From the NCBI GenBank assembly GCA_965655095.1, contig OZ296648.1:135656001-135720000 (forward strand): a stretch of DNA of 64,000 bases. Reading direction: 5' to 3'. The DNA comes from Haplodiscus bocki. Its lineage: Eukaryota. Made by a program: the position numbers and the translations under genes. Shown here piece after piece: positions 29,130 to 40,600 of the stretch. Each line of letters opens with the position of its first letter. Position 1 is the first letter of the stretch. The notes below the pieces were generated by a model. The model saw only the letters and a list, made by a program, of their open reading frames with translations, ran no database searches and was not told the DNA's origin.

Positions 29130-29178
29130 GCCCCGTTGTTTCGTAGATTAGCGAAGCGACCCGGAGAAACAACGGGGC
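29130..29178. other. Perfect 13-bp inverted repeat with 23-nt spacer in E0 (copy at 47076-47124)
   Basis: GCCCCGTTGTTTC-N23-GAAACAACGGGGC. Confidence 0.8.
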
Positions 29179-29332
29179 CAAAACTTTCGCAAGTTTCATC
29201 CTCGATGTCCTTTCGACATCAACGAAGATTTCACAGGCTCAATTTCAATGCATAAAACATGCGTTTGCAAAAATCAATACTGTGTTCGAGGAAAAGACTA
29301 GCAGTTTTTTTTCCTGTTTCAGAGGTGTATAT

Positions 29333-29382
29333 CCAGTGACCGCCACCTGGTGATTTTCACCGGTGCCTCCACTGGGTGGTCA
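29333..29382. other. Conserved terminal/junction sequence with an imperfect hairpin (also 46235-46277 and 47279-47328)
   Basis: The 19-bp core TGCCTCCACTGGGTGGTCA is identical at the three element-element junctions; CCAGTG..CACC.GGTGA-TTT-TCACC.GGTG..CACTGG dyad in E0/E0'. Confidence 0.8.
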
Positions 29383-30710
29383 AGCTTTTTAGCGACACAA
29401 AACTGTTACGAGGCGGGGGAGGGGCCCCTGTGCCGAGTTTCAAAAATCAAGTTTACACTTACACTCAACCCGCCGAAAAGGAGACGATCTCGAAACCTAA
29501 CCATACGATTTTGATGAAACTTTGCATGTGGATAGAGTCCGCCGATGTATGAAGATTTTTGGCACTTACATCATTTTTTTTCTTTTGGTTGGGGAGATAT
29601 GACGCAATGATCCTGTTTTTTGGCAGGTTTCGATGTTTTTCCCGCAATATCTCCACACTTTACCCATAGCATTGGACCCAAATTTTTTGTGTGAAGCACA
29701 TTTGCTGTTAACTACCTACATGCAAAAAATTTTTGGCCAGGGCCTTTTGCCCTAGGAGATATGACCTTTCAAATTTGTCAAAAAGAGGCCAAAATCGAGC
29801 ATTTTGTCATTTCTCCCAGGTTGATGTTAAAAAAGTGATGTGAGCATTCGTCACAACGTGACGGGACCTGTATCAAAAGAAAAATAATTTTGCAGCGAAA
29901 AAATGTTTTGGCCAAATTGCCGAAAATAATGACGGTTATGACGATTTTTTGTCGAAGAAAAAAGAAAAACCTGCTAAAAAAGTCAGTTTTTCTAATTGAT
30001 CTATCTGAAATCCGTCAACTTTTTGAAGGGGCGGCAATCAAGCTTTGCTGAAATTTCGTAGTAAACTACTGGGCTGGCAAACTGTTGGTGACACAAGTTT
30101 TATTCTGGGCCAATTTATTTTTGAAAAAATCTTATCTTTTTTTTCTTCCAATGCCGAATTATTTGTAAAATAATTTGCGAAAATTATGTTATAGTTACAT
30201 AACTGTAGCAACTTTTTTGTCTCAGTGGACAACGAATTAGGTTTGAGGTAATTAGTTGTAAGGAGCTGCACACAAACTTTTCTCTAGATGATCCATTTAA
30301 TTTTTAATGAACATTATATGTACCAACTACAGAAAACAATTTAAACTGTGATAAATAAAAATGTCCAGTGAAACAAAGTAAACTCTCAATTTAACTGCAA
30401 ATGAATGGTAGCAACAATTGACAGTTCATTTTGATGCACGTAAAATAAATCCACTTTACGACAACTCTCATTTTCTTTAACGCCAAATGAACTCCTAATT
30501 TTGGGCAAACACCTTACGGTCGAATGCCTTGTAACAGTCGATGTTGCATGGAAACAACATTCGGTAGTTTGCTAAATGATTACTGGCACATTGTTTTACT
30601 TGTCTGTAATACCTCTCTTGATTCTATAGGTAATTTTTAGCTGTAGTAAAAAATGTCACAACAGTGATTGACATAACATTTCTTTGAGTTTTGTTGCTTC
30701 AATTAATCGT

Positions 30711-31724
30711 TCATCTCATGTTGTTTACATTGTTAGTTGCTGGCAAATTTGCGTTAGCGTGAAGAAGGCGTGGTGGCTGGTTTGTATTGTCTCCAATCCA
30801 AGGAATCACATTGTATTTCAAGTGCACAGGGATCTCAATCGCTGGAGTGATTCGACAAATTCTTACCCTTTGAACATTTTGCGCAATGTTTTCTTCTGTT
30901 AAAGCAGTTTTATAGAAGCCTGACACTCTCCACCCACCATTGCTATTAACATGGTTAGCAACACGCATGACAGCGTCTCTCAAAAGTCCCCTGTCAATTG
31001 ATGTGTATGCCGATCTAATGATAGCCTCCTCACAAAAAAGTTTGGTCAATGACAAACTTTGCAGAACATCCCCTGTTAGAGGATCATCGTCTTCGCTCAA
31101 TATGTCCTGACTAATTACCCTTGCTGACATGACCCACGCTGACAAAGTCGATTTTTGCAAACATGCGCAAATGCTTTCGTTTTTTCTATTTCTTCTGTCG
31201 CACAAAAAACCGGAACAAGTCGGAAACACAGGAATTGCGTGCAAAAACGAAAGGGGTCGGTTTGGGAGACAGAAGTGAAACATTGCACTCGTCGAGGGAT
31301 TCAAATCGATAGGAATAGGCTCCATTGGCGGGTCGTCTGTAACTACCTCTAAAGGAAGAGACACATTAAAAATTGGATTAGTTCGATCGTTACCAAGGCA
31401 GGAGTTGGAAAAAATAGCTTCTTTCACATCAACGATGGCACCAATAGTTAGTTTTCGGTCAGCAAAAAGGAGTGAACTTTTCTGCGCAGAATCTGCTATT
31501 ATTGCAAAACATTCTCGCGTTTCGATTTCGCCGATGATGATTAGGCGATCGTAGTTTGTGTCAGGGCTCATTCGTTTAGCTTTTACAGCTTGCGGTCGAA
31601 ATAACTGTAGGGGACGATCAAATTTTTTAAAAACCAAAACAACACCTCGGATATATGTGTTCTCACTGTTGCGCAAGAAATTGGGAGCAGTTATTTGGGC
31701 CGTATTTACACGGGTGGTCATCAT
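30711..31724 (-). CDS. Conserved accessory protein (~337 aa) with CxGxxCDRR...CxC motif; possible OB-fold/Zn ssDNA-binding protein
   Basis: Colinear and strongly similar to the E2 product (e.g. FSNSCLGNDRxNPIF, AMFHFCLPNRPL). The fold assignment is inference only. Confidence 0.85.
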   Translation of the reverse strand: MMTTRVNTAQITAPNFLRNSENTYIRGVVLVFKKFDRPLQLFRPQAVKAKRMSPDTNYDRLIIIGEIETRECFAIIADSAQKSSLLFADRKLTIGAIVDVKEAIFSNSCLGNDRTNPIFNVSLPLEVVTDDPPMEPIPIDLNPSTSAMFHFCLPNRPLSFLHAIPVFPTCSGFLCDRRNRKNESICACLQKSTLSAWVMSARVISQDILSEDDDPLTGDVLQSLSLTKLFCEEAIIRSAYTSIDRGLLRDAVMRVANHVNSNGGWRVSGFYKTALTEENIAQNVQRVRICRITPAIEIPVHLKYNVIPWIGDNTNQPPRLLHANANLPATNNVNNMR

Positions 31725-33033
31725 CTGGAACAATCTTTTCAAGCATCATCTTATACAACGCGGTTTACACAGTGACATTTCGTCAACCTATTCAGGACGC
31801 AGAACTAATTACTCTCAAAAATTAAAACAAGGAAGATGAAGTTCAACATGATCAAATACAACTTCAGTAAATTTCCACGTCACAGTGAGAATCGCTAGTA
31901 TACATTAAAAGGTTTGATAAAAAACTTCTTGCTAGTTTTCTATTGAAAAAAGTTACATGTTCCTTTACGTGATGCCACGCAAAAGGCGGAACTGACTTCT
32001 TTCAACTTTTTTTCACGTGTCAACAGTTTCAAAGTTCAGTCATCAGTGAATGACGTTTATGTTTGCTCACAATTACATTTTTCAACGAACTTTCACGCAT
32101 CATTAACGGCTGTGAATGTAAATGAAAAGACTATAGGGAATTGAAACGTGTTAATTCAGGATAAAAATTTCTCTTTCGTGAAAACCACTCTAACACGAAA
32201 GAAAACCTTTTCAAAATTAAACAAATCAGTGCACAGACAATGATAGCAATTCAAGAGAAATAAAACAATCGGCAGTTTCTTGACTTCAACAAATGAAGTT
32301 GAATCTAAGTTACATAAAACGTTATTTCAGGGGAAGCAATCTGGTAATGCTTTATTTCAATAAGCAGTTCAATTAGCAATGAAAATTAACAGGCATAAAA
32401 ACAGCGCCGAACAAAGAGCAACATTCATGGGTTTAGCAGTACTCAAAGTCTATGGAAAAACGTGACTGAAGGAAACTAACATACAGGAAGAAACAACGCA
32501 AAGTGACAAATTCAAGGGTTTTATAGGTTGAACTGACATTTATTCGAAAAAATCATTTAATTTTGTTCGGAACTTACAAGATCTAAACACTCAGATAACT
32601 TTACAGTCGATTCCAATTGTATGCACAGTAAAATAACCAATAACTCCTATTTGTTTGCTGCATGATAAAACTGGTGTATCGAATATACGGAAGGAAGCCT
32701 TCATAACATTGGTCGTCGAGGCGTAATACCACACTTTTATCTCTTTTTCAGCTGGAACAGAATGTGATTGCTTTCAGAACCCCAGTCGACGATGAGCAGG
32801 TGTACGTATTCTGCGACGCTCTGTTAAAACAATGGCCATTAAACAATTACAATTGTTCACAATTTTGTCGGCCACATTACGACAACTTTCCGGTGAACGT
32901 TGATACTTTAAAGGAAACATAGAAGAAAGAGAGCAAACACGCGATTACCAAAAAATCAAAAACATGGTACCATGTTAGAAACTGCGTTCATTAATCAACA
33001 ACTACGTCAGTAAGGCTTTGTTACTTGTACTTA

Positions 33034-33324
33034 TCACAGGTCAGAAAAAGGTAGTACAGTACCCAAAACTCTTTTCCTTAGAATGTACATCAAGTTTGAA
33101 ACACCGTGACGAGATAAATGCACGCCATCCATCAAATTCCTTTCGGAGCTCATTTTGCTAGCCACCGACACAAAATTGTATTGACCCACAGAGTTTCTGA
33201 GTCCATCGTTAACCCTTTTGATATCTAAGAGGCAAGGTTTGGATCTCATGACCAGAGCCAGACAGTATACTGTGTAACACTTTGGAATGGCCAGACGCAC
33301 GAGGTACATAATGTCTTGAACCAC
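33034..33324 (-). CDS. SGNH/GDSL hydrolase, exon 2 (96 aa; spliced product 168 aa)
   Basis: Acceptor CTCTTAG|GTG at 33325; 250 bp phase-0 intron; block V DGVHLS. Confidence 0.88.
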   Translation of the reverse strand: MVQDIMYLVRLAIPKCYTVYCLALVMRSKPCLLDIKRVNDGLRNSVGQYNFVSVASKMSSERNLMDGVHLSRHGVSNLMYILRKRVLGTVLPFSDL

Positions 33325-33574
33325 CTAAGAGTTAACAAAAAATTTTTGAGCTGAACATGCACTTCGTTTGATTTTGTTGAACTTTCTTCAAAATTTGGAG
33401 GGAAAAAATATTTTCAGTTGCATTTGAAGCTCTGCTTAATAATTGGAAATTATTTTCGCAGGGAAATATCACCTGCGGATCAATTCATACACAATGCACC
33501 CTGATGTTGCAACCAGTCTAATTCTAAAATGTTTTCAGTCGCAACCAACTTGATATTGTGTTGAAATTACTCAC

Positions 33575-33790
33575 TTGCTCAGGAGTCTTTCCCCGTCGTG
33601 TGCCCCGGCCTGTAAGTCCATTTCCCCCGATGAACAAAATGATTGATTCATAAAACGTTGTTAGGTTTCTTAAACACTCAATTACCCGACGGCAAGATGC
33701 CGTGGCTCCAGGGAAAAACTTCACTTCCAGGTCTTCGTGCTTCATGACAAGTCTTCTCCCAAGGGAATCAGCTATGATAAGATGTTTCAT
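33575..33790 (-). CDS. SGNH/GDSL hydrolase, exon 1 (72 aa)
   Basis: IIADSL (block I), FPGA (block II), FIGGNG (block III); donor CAA|GTGAGT at 33574. Confidence 0.88.
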
Positions 33791-34698
33791 TTAGATCTGC
33801 AGAACGTTGAAAAACAACGACAAGGGGTGACGACAAAAAAACGACATTTAATGACTCCAACAGCATAGGTACACTACGATGGAACACAGAAGATAACTGT
33901 CATTGGCATTATATTATATAATAGTATAAAACGGAAGAGCTGAAAAAAACATCGTTCCAAAAACCTCTAAATATAAATTTGCTCATTTGAGTGTGTCTGG
34001 TTTTTGGTATAGAAGTTTCACTAACGTTTTACCAAGTGTTCCACCTTGCGGTCGAAACAGGAAGGAGTACAGGGCTTTTATCATACACTATGTAGGTGTA
34101 CATCGTTATTAAGACATACACAAAACAAAGCGTTCCATAAGCATATGGGAAAAAAGCAGTGCAAAAAGTTAAAATCACTAATCAATCAACTTTAAATACG
34201 GTGGGCAATCAGGAACGTTCATTGTTAAGGGGCAAATCATGAACACCTGATGCTCCCTTTTAACGTTCCAAAAATCAGGTTCAAATTGCAGCAAAGTCTT
34301 GTCCGCAAAGGAATATTGTCGGATAGTTTTATGTTTAACTAACTTAAACAACGAAACCTTTGGAAAACAGTACGTAGGCTAAATAGTCTGCAGACTACTC
34401 TCAAAGACATCAAAAATTGAACAATTGAATTGTTGTTAATAGTAAAAGAAAAAACTTTCACAAAAATATCTTTAACCACAGCGAAAAGCAAAAACACACA
34501 GACTAAAAACTTTACACGTGCAGCTTTGGAAACCACCGGAGACAAATGAATATATACTATAGATGGACGTTTAAAAAAAACTTTATGTATTGATTAAATT
34601 ATGAACTTTATGTTTTTTATGGGATAAGGCATTCACTTCGTCACATTTGACAGTCGGCGAAGCTGTTGAAATGTAGTTTGCCAGTGTTTTCTAACGTA

Positions 34699-37600
34699 CT
34701 AATGCAATATGGGCTGATTACAGCAAATTACCAACTTCAGGACATCTTCTTTATGAGGCCAATTCATGATTAAGTTTTCTGCTGCTGACAATGCATTCGG
34801 GAGGGAGATGTTCTTCTTCCTCAAGTTAAGCACTTTAGTGACTGCCCCAAGCCACTGTTTTTCAAAAAACCTTATTCTCTCCGTGGAGCTGCTTGCAAGA
34901 AAGCCGGTCACGTAAGCACACAAAACCCAAGGTCTTCGAGAGGGATCATGCGTGAATGAAGCTCCCAAGCCAACATTATGTTCACGAATTCGTCGATTCA
35001 GGCACATTGTTGAACCAATATATAACAAGTTGTTTTGTGGGACGCTCTGAATAACATAACAGTAGCCAACATTCTCTTGCGGTATACTGATGGTTGACGG
35101 AAAGGGGTCTGTAGAGCCATGGAAGATTGTTGGGTCACGGGAAGAACACTTTTGGAGGATCTCGGTAGTCAGCTCCGACCACTGTGACTTTTTACACAAC
35201 AAACTCAGGATGGCTCCTTCGTTGGACTGCTTCGATCCCACGAAAGTGATATCCGCCAGTGATCGAACACGACTCATTACTACGTATAGTTGCTCCGGCA
35301 GCCAAAGAGAAAACTCTTGAGCTCCAACAATCTGCGTAGCAACTGTTGGGAGTGTTTCGCCCATAGTTTTGTGAATAGTTGACGCTACGTACAATTTGAG
35401 GGGAAATTGGATTCTGCGACAAATAGTTCTGTGGTTTAGACGAATGTTAACTCCGATTTCCTTTGCGAGAACAATGCATCTCCAGGATCTTCGTATTACA
35501 GAGAGTGGTGGAATGGATCGGCAACCAGCAGGGGCCAAGGCAACAGTTACTGTTCCGTTGTCAGCCAACGAGTCCAGTGAAACCAAAACACACAGTTGTC
35601 CTTGGAAAGCCATCACATTTGGCTTGTTCACGGTGAGTCGAAGAATTGCTCCGGGGAACAGAAACAATGATTGTGACTCCAAGCATTTCTTATTTAGAAA
35701 CTTTGTTGCAGGTCCAGAAGCTTCTATCCAGTTGTCCGTACTTGACACACACATTTCATCTGTCGATGAACTTTCATAGAACTGGGAACCACTGTCTTTC
35801 ACCTGAATAATTTTCTTGAACGTCGCATATCTTTCCGCTTTGCGAGTAGCAAAAATTCGAATTGTATCATTTGGTACGTCATCCCAGCAATCTACGAAAT
35901 TGCAATTTCGCTCAATCAAACTCCAAATTTGGTTTCCGATGGCAGTTGTTCTTGGAAAAGTTGACATCAGTGACAAAACTTTTTGACCCGTTTCATTTTG
36001 CATACGCACAAAGTGCTGGAGAAAACTAAAATGAAAAGTCGTTAGAGGGAATGAAGAACTGATCAGACAACTTCCTTTTGGTGGAGGGAGTTGAAAAAAA
36101 TCTCCGGTTGCAATGATTAGTTTGCCAGCGAATGGCACGTAGTTTGAGCAGATGATTTGGAAAACGTGGTCCGTCGCAGCCCAAAGTTCACTAGAGATCA
36201 TCGAAATTTCTTCAACAAACAATACATCTAAGTTTTGGAGAAACCGACTTCTGTCCGGTGATTTCTGCAAGCTGGACAAAGCTACTCGAGACAAAGAATT
36301 AACAGTTCCATTTTTCTCCACCGGGAAAGGAATGAGAGCATTTAGATGCTTGCCACCTAAAGCAGCCGACCTTTCGGCCGCTAGTGAAGTTACCATGCAA
36401 TTGAGTCCTTGACATATTGCATAACTCAGAGCTCTCAACATGATGAATGTTTTTCCCGTTCCTGGTGCCCCAGCGATGATTTGATGTCTCACAAAATTTT
36501 GTGTTCCTCCTCTGTACAAGTCCACGATTTCAACTAAATATTTCAAAATCTTACTCTGTTCACAGTACGATGTCACTGTTTGGCTAGGATGTCTACCAAA
36601 GTCCGGTTTCCAATCAACGGGCGCAGTTAGGGAAGCATCAATCATACTTTCTTCGCTTGGAAGTCCCGTTTGACATGTGTGTAAGAACTCCACCAATCTA
36701 CTCTTGCTGATTGTCAAATCTACAGCAACATTTTCTTCGGAGTCGGCAGAGATTGTGCGATCCAAAACAGCTGGTACCCCGGATGCAAAATATAAGTTGT
36801 TTTCTAACAGTGCCTCTCCCAGAACGCTATTTGCCATCAACAAAAACTTGTCAATGAGTTTAGAGGATCCCGGCACAAAGCGGAGCTGTTGCAATAGATA
36901 GCGGCGAGCTAGTTGAAGCACGACTGCAACAGTAATGTTGTTACGCTCCACCAGTTTGGCAGCTATAAAAGATTCCCTGAGAGAGGAAACTGCGAGAATG
37001 TCAAGTTCGGTGTCAAACGAACCAAAAGTTAGCACAAAATGCAACAAGAACTTTGTTGGACTACTGGGTAGAGTATTTGTGAAAACCACTATGGCTTTTT
37101 GATCTGAAAAACAATGATTGTACGCCACCAGTCTGGGGCAACTGTTGGTTCCTTGCAATTTGGGGAGAACATGTTTGCGGCACTCCTGTTTCAAAACTTC
37201 GTCTCTCCGGTTATCACTTCTCGTTGAACAAAAATCAAGAAAATCAGAAATTGCGGGTGGGCGTATCTTGATAGCGTATCCAAGACAATCAACCCAAAAG
37301 TCATTACACGATGCACGGCTCAACAAAATCTCATGACTACTTTTCCCTTTCGAGCTGTTGATTTTGAATCTAACGAACCAACTAAAATAACTTTTCAAAC
37401 TGCTGACAAACAAAAGTTCCGGTGGTCTAAGGCCAAAAATAGTCACTTTGTCAGGCGTAATCGAACTTGCTTCGACATCTGCCAACAACAATTCTTGATT
37501 TCTTGTTAATTGTCGATGTTTTGGAAGCTTCAAAACGTTTTTCCGAATTCGAACAGCTTCGGCAAAAACAGCACTGAAGTTCATCGTCCTCGCAATTTGT

Positions 37601-40600
37601 TTTTCTATCACTATTCCAGATCTGAACTCTTTCGGAACTGTTGGTACATGAATGAAATCTACGTTTGTGCAAACGTATGGCAACTGCAAAGCCCACCACA
37701 AGCATTCAGTTATGCTAACAATTCTTCCTGTTACAGATTTCCGTTTATCATCATCCCGACGTTTTTTGGTAACGCTGGTTTGGACACCAGCTATTTTTTC
37801 GTTCACAATAGGTTCCGTTTGGACTTTCACTTCATCCTCACCAGCAGACGCTACTATTTTTGTGAACGCCCGACCTTCCACGCCGGCAGCATACTTTGCA
37901 ACGTAGCGTGAACACATTTCGTCGTCACAAATTTGGACGTTCGTACTACTTTCAGTGAAGGCAAACAAAGCTGCATTTGTTGGTGAAATGTGCTCGTTGT
38001 AAGCAGCAGGGTAGTGATGCTTTCCAGCTTTCAGTTCTTCCTCAGCTTTGTCTGTTGAAGAGTTAGGGTCAATATAGGACAATTTCATGGCTCTCAACAA
38101 GTCCCAAGTTTCTTCCGAGTAATTAGGTTGTATTTGCTTGTAAGAGAACCCAACGGATGCAGGATATTTAGGTACTCTACACACTGGCTTTCCCAACCAA
38201 TCAGTTTTCTTTTTACATCTATTTTTGCCCTTGCCACAATCGTGCCGTTGGTATTTTTGGAAAAGTTCTCCCAACCGGAACCGTTCGCTATCCGATAACG
38301 CTGGACAACAATCGTTCAAGGCGCCCATGAATGTTTCTTTAGAACAGCAGACTCGGGATTGAACTTCCGGACCAAACTTGTTTTCTCCTGTACACACTAG
38401 TGCATGGATGTGTGGAAAGGCCGAAGTTTCATCTTGCCACTCGTACCTCATCCATAAGTGGGAGACTGGTCCCAGAGGTTGCTCGGCCGAACACTTCAAC
38501 CATTGCATTACATACTGTGAGGCGCGATGCCAACATCTAAGCATAGGCATTAATTCACTTTGTATTACAGATAATCTCAATTCTTTGGATGTCATATCGG
38601 GCGGGTAAAGTTTGTCAATAGCCTCGAAAATTTTGCGCAAGCCGGGGTGAGTAGATTGCCCACATGTGTATGTAACAAAATAAGTGGGGTTTTTATCTCT
38701 AATAAGTGCTGCTACTTCACAGACATTTTTCCGGGATTCTTCACAATCGAACTTGAACGTTTCAGCGGAGTAGTACTGGTAATTTGTAGGCTTACTGCCC
38801 AATTCCTGCCAGCCTCTGTTCAACACAATCCGAATATCGGTTTTACTCAGTTGTAAATTAAGAAGACAATCAAAAACGAACTGCAGATATGATGCGTGAC
38901 TGGAGGTTAAAAGTGACCCATCAGTGATGCGAGTTCGCAGCATGTTTTCTAAACCTGCAAACCCCACTTGTTTGTTGTATTTTTCGGATTGGAACAGGGA
39001 TATTGGAATTGCACCTTCAATGCTGCCATCGAAACTTTGGGACCAGAAAATAGTAGGAAAAAGCAGCCCTTCCGGTTGAAGCAAAGGCGTTGATGATGTT
39101 GAGGAAGCTGTTATGTTTTCCATAAAACGTTTCTCTTTAACGGTTAGGGAAATGGGATGACTTCTTTTCCTGTGCAGTAAGTTGCATCGTGAATTCAACA
39201 GTATGTGGAGAGGAATATTGTAATCTTCTTCTCTGGAAGCCTCTTGTACAGCAACAATGGCCCTTTCACCCGAACAAACGTTCAATTTATTCATGGCCAA
39301 TTGACTTTCGCTGATCGAGTTTGCGTTCATGTTGTTGCACAGAAAAGAAGCTACCGATGAACTTGAGTTTTGACTTAAACAGTTGGTGGATAAATCTGGT
39401 TCAACAAAGCTTTTGTCCTCATCACATACACTAGCTATGTTGGAATTCAGTTCACACTGTGTGGGATTGATTGCAGCTTCAGCGTTCGGTACTTCAGGCG
39501 TTAATTTTCGTTCTGCTAGAGGTGCAACTAAAACTCGTAAGTTCGGATGTTTCATTCCCTCGTCGAAGTGTTTCTTACACACACAACTGTTGCACTTTGA
39601 GTAGGCACATCTGAGGAATGATGACCTTCCACATCGACAGAAGTAGTTACTACGTCGGAAGTCCTTTGTTAACGGAACATCATGTTTGTCACAAATGAAA
39701 ACTCCTTGGCCGCTTAAATTACTGAGATAGTGCCACTTTACAGTCGACACCTTTTTAGAGTTAGTTCCTCGGTAGATTAAAAACGTCCAGTAGCCTCGTA
39801 GAATTTTTTCTACTAAGGTCTCAGGTGAGTCCAACAAAGGTTCAGCAAACTTGTTAGCTTTGAGTATACGCCAAAAATTGCAGAAGCGACCACCATGCCG
39901 AAGCAAAATTACAGCATCTGTACCCCGAGAACCGCAACCACATCCCACAAGCTCAAATTGGACATCAAATAGGACGATGTTGAGAGGTGGGTTGACCTTG
40001 TTCCTCAGATTGTTTACATCAGTTGTTGTAGCAATCACGTGTTTCGTATCCACTTTTACGTCGCGCAGAATTTTCTCAGTCAATTCTATTCTTTGGCTCA
40101 ACTGCAGATGGCATAAGTCAGCACATAATGCGTGCAACACCACGCCACCCGCCTGCAAAAAGTTTGAAATTAGGATTGGGTTGTCATTGTTAGTTGCCGC
40201 GTTATTCAATATACTGTCAATGTCAGCTTGAGCTTCTGAAATACGCTGCAACTTGCTTTCTTTTCCAAACCGAGCAAATGTATGACGCAACAGTGAAAAC
40301 ATATTTTTTGCCAAAACGTGATTAACGCCAGACACCATGGATGAACATAAAATTGGAGATATGCAGCATGCCGCTTGAAGAAACCAGAGTGTATCTCCAG
40401 TATCATTGATCAGAGGAGGAGGTGAGCAACCATGTTCATTGTTTGGTTGAGCCAAAGCGTAGCACTGTAGAAATTTCACATTACTCAAAAGTTCTTGTTC
40501 GTTTTTGTCCATCACCTTCGTCAATCGAATGCAGGTGTCAAGATCTACGCCGACATGCTCCATCAATTTTTCATTTTTCGGCTGATATTGAGAGAGATCA

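Larger units (their letters stand above)
28327..29378 (-). mobile_element. E0: non-autonomous Helitron/Helentron-like element (1052 bp)
   Basis: Near-identical to 46274-47324 (one homopolymer indel seen). Its left ~580 bp is homologous to the left ends of E1 and E2, and its right ~40 bp is homologous to the right end of E1. No credible CDS. Confidence 0.82.

Noticed and set aside
31712-31720. GGGTGGTCA junction-core match inside the accessory gene start
   Set aside because: Explained by the M-T-T-R codons; not conserved in E2.
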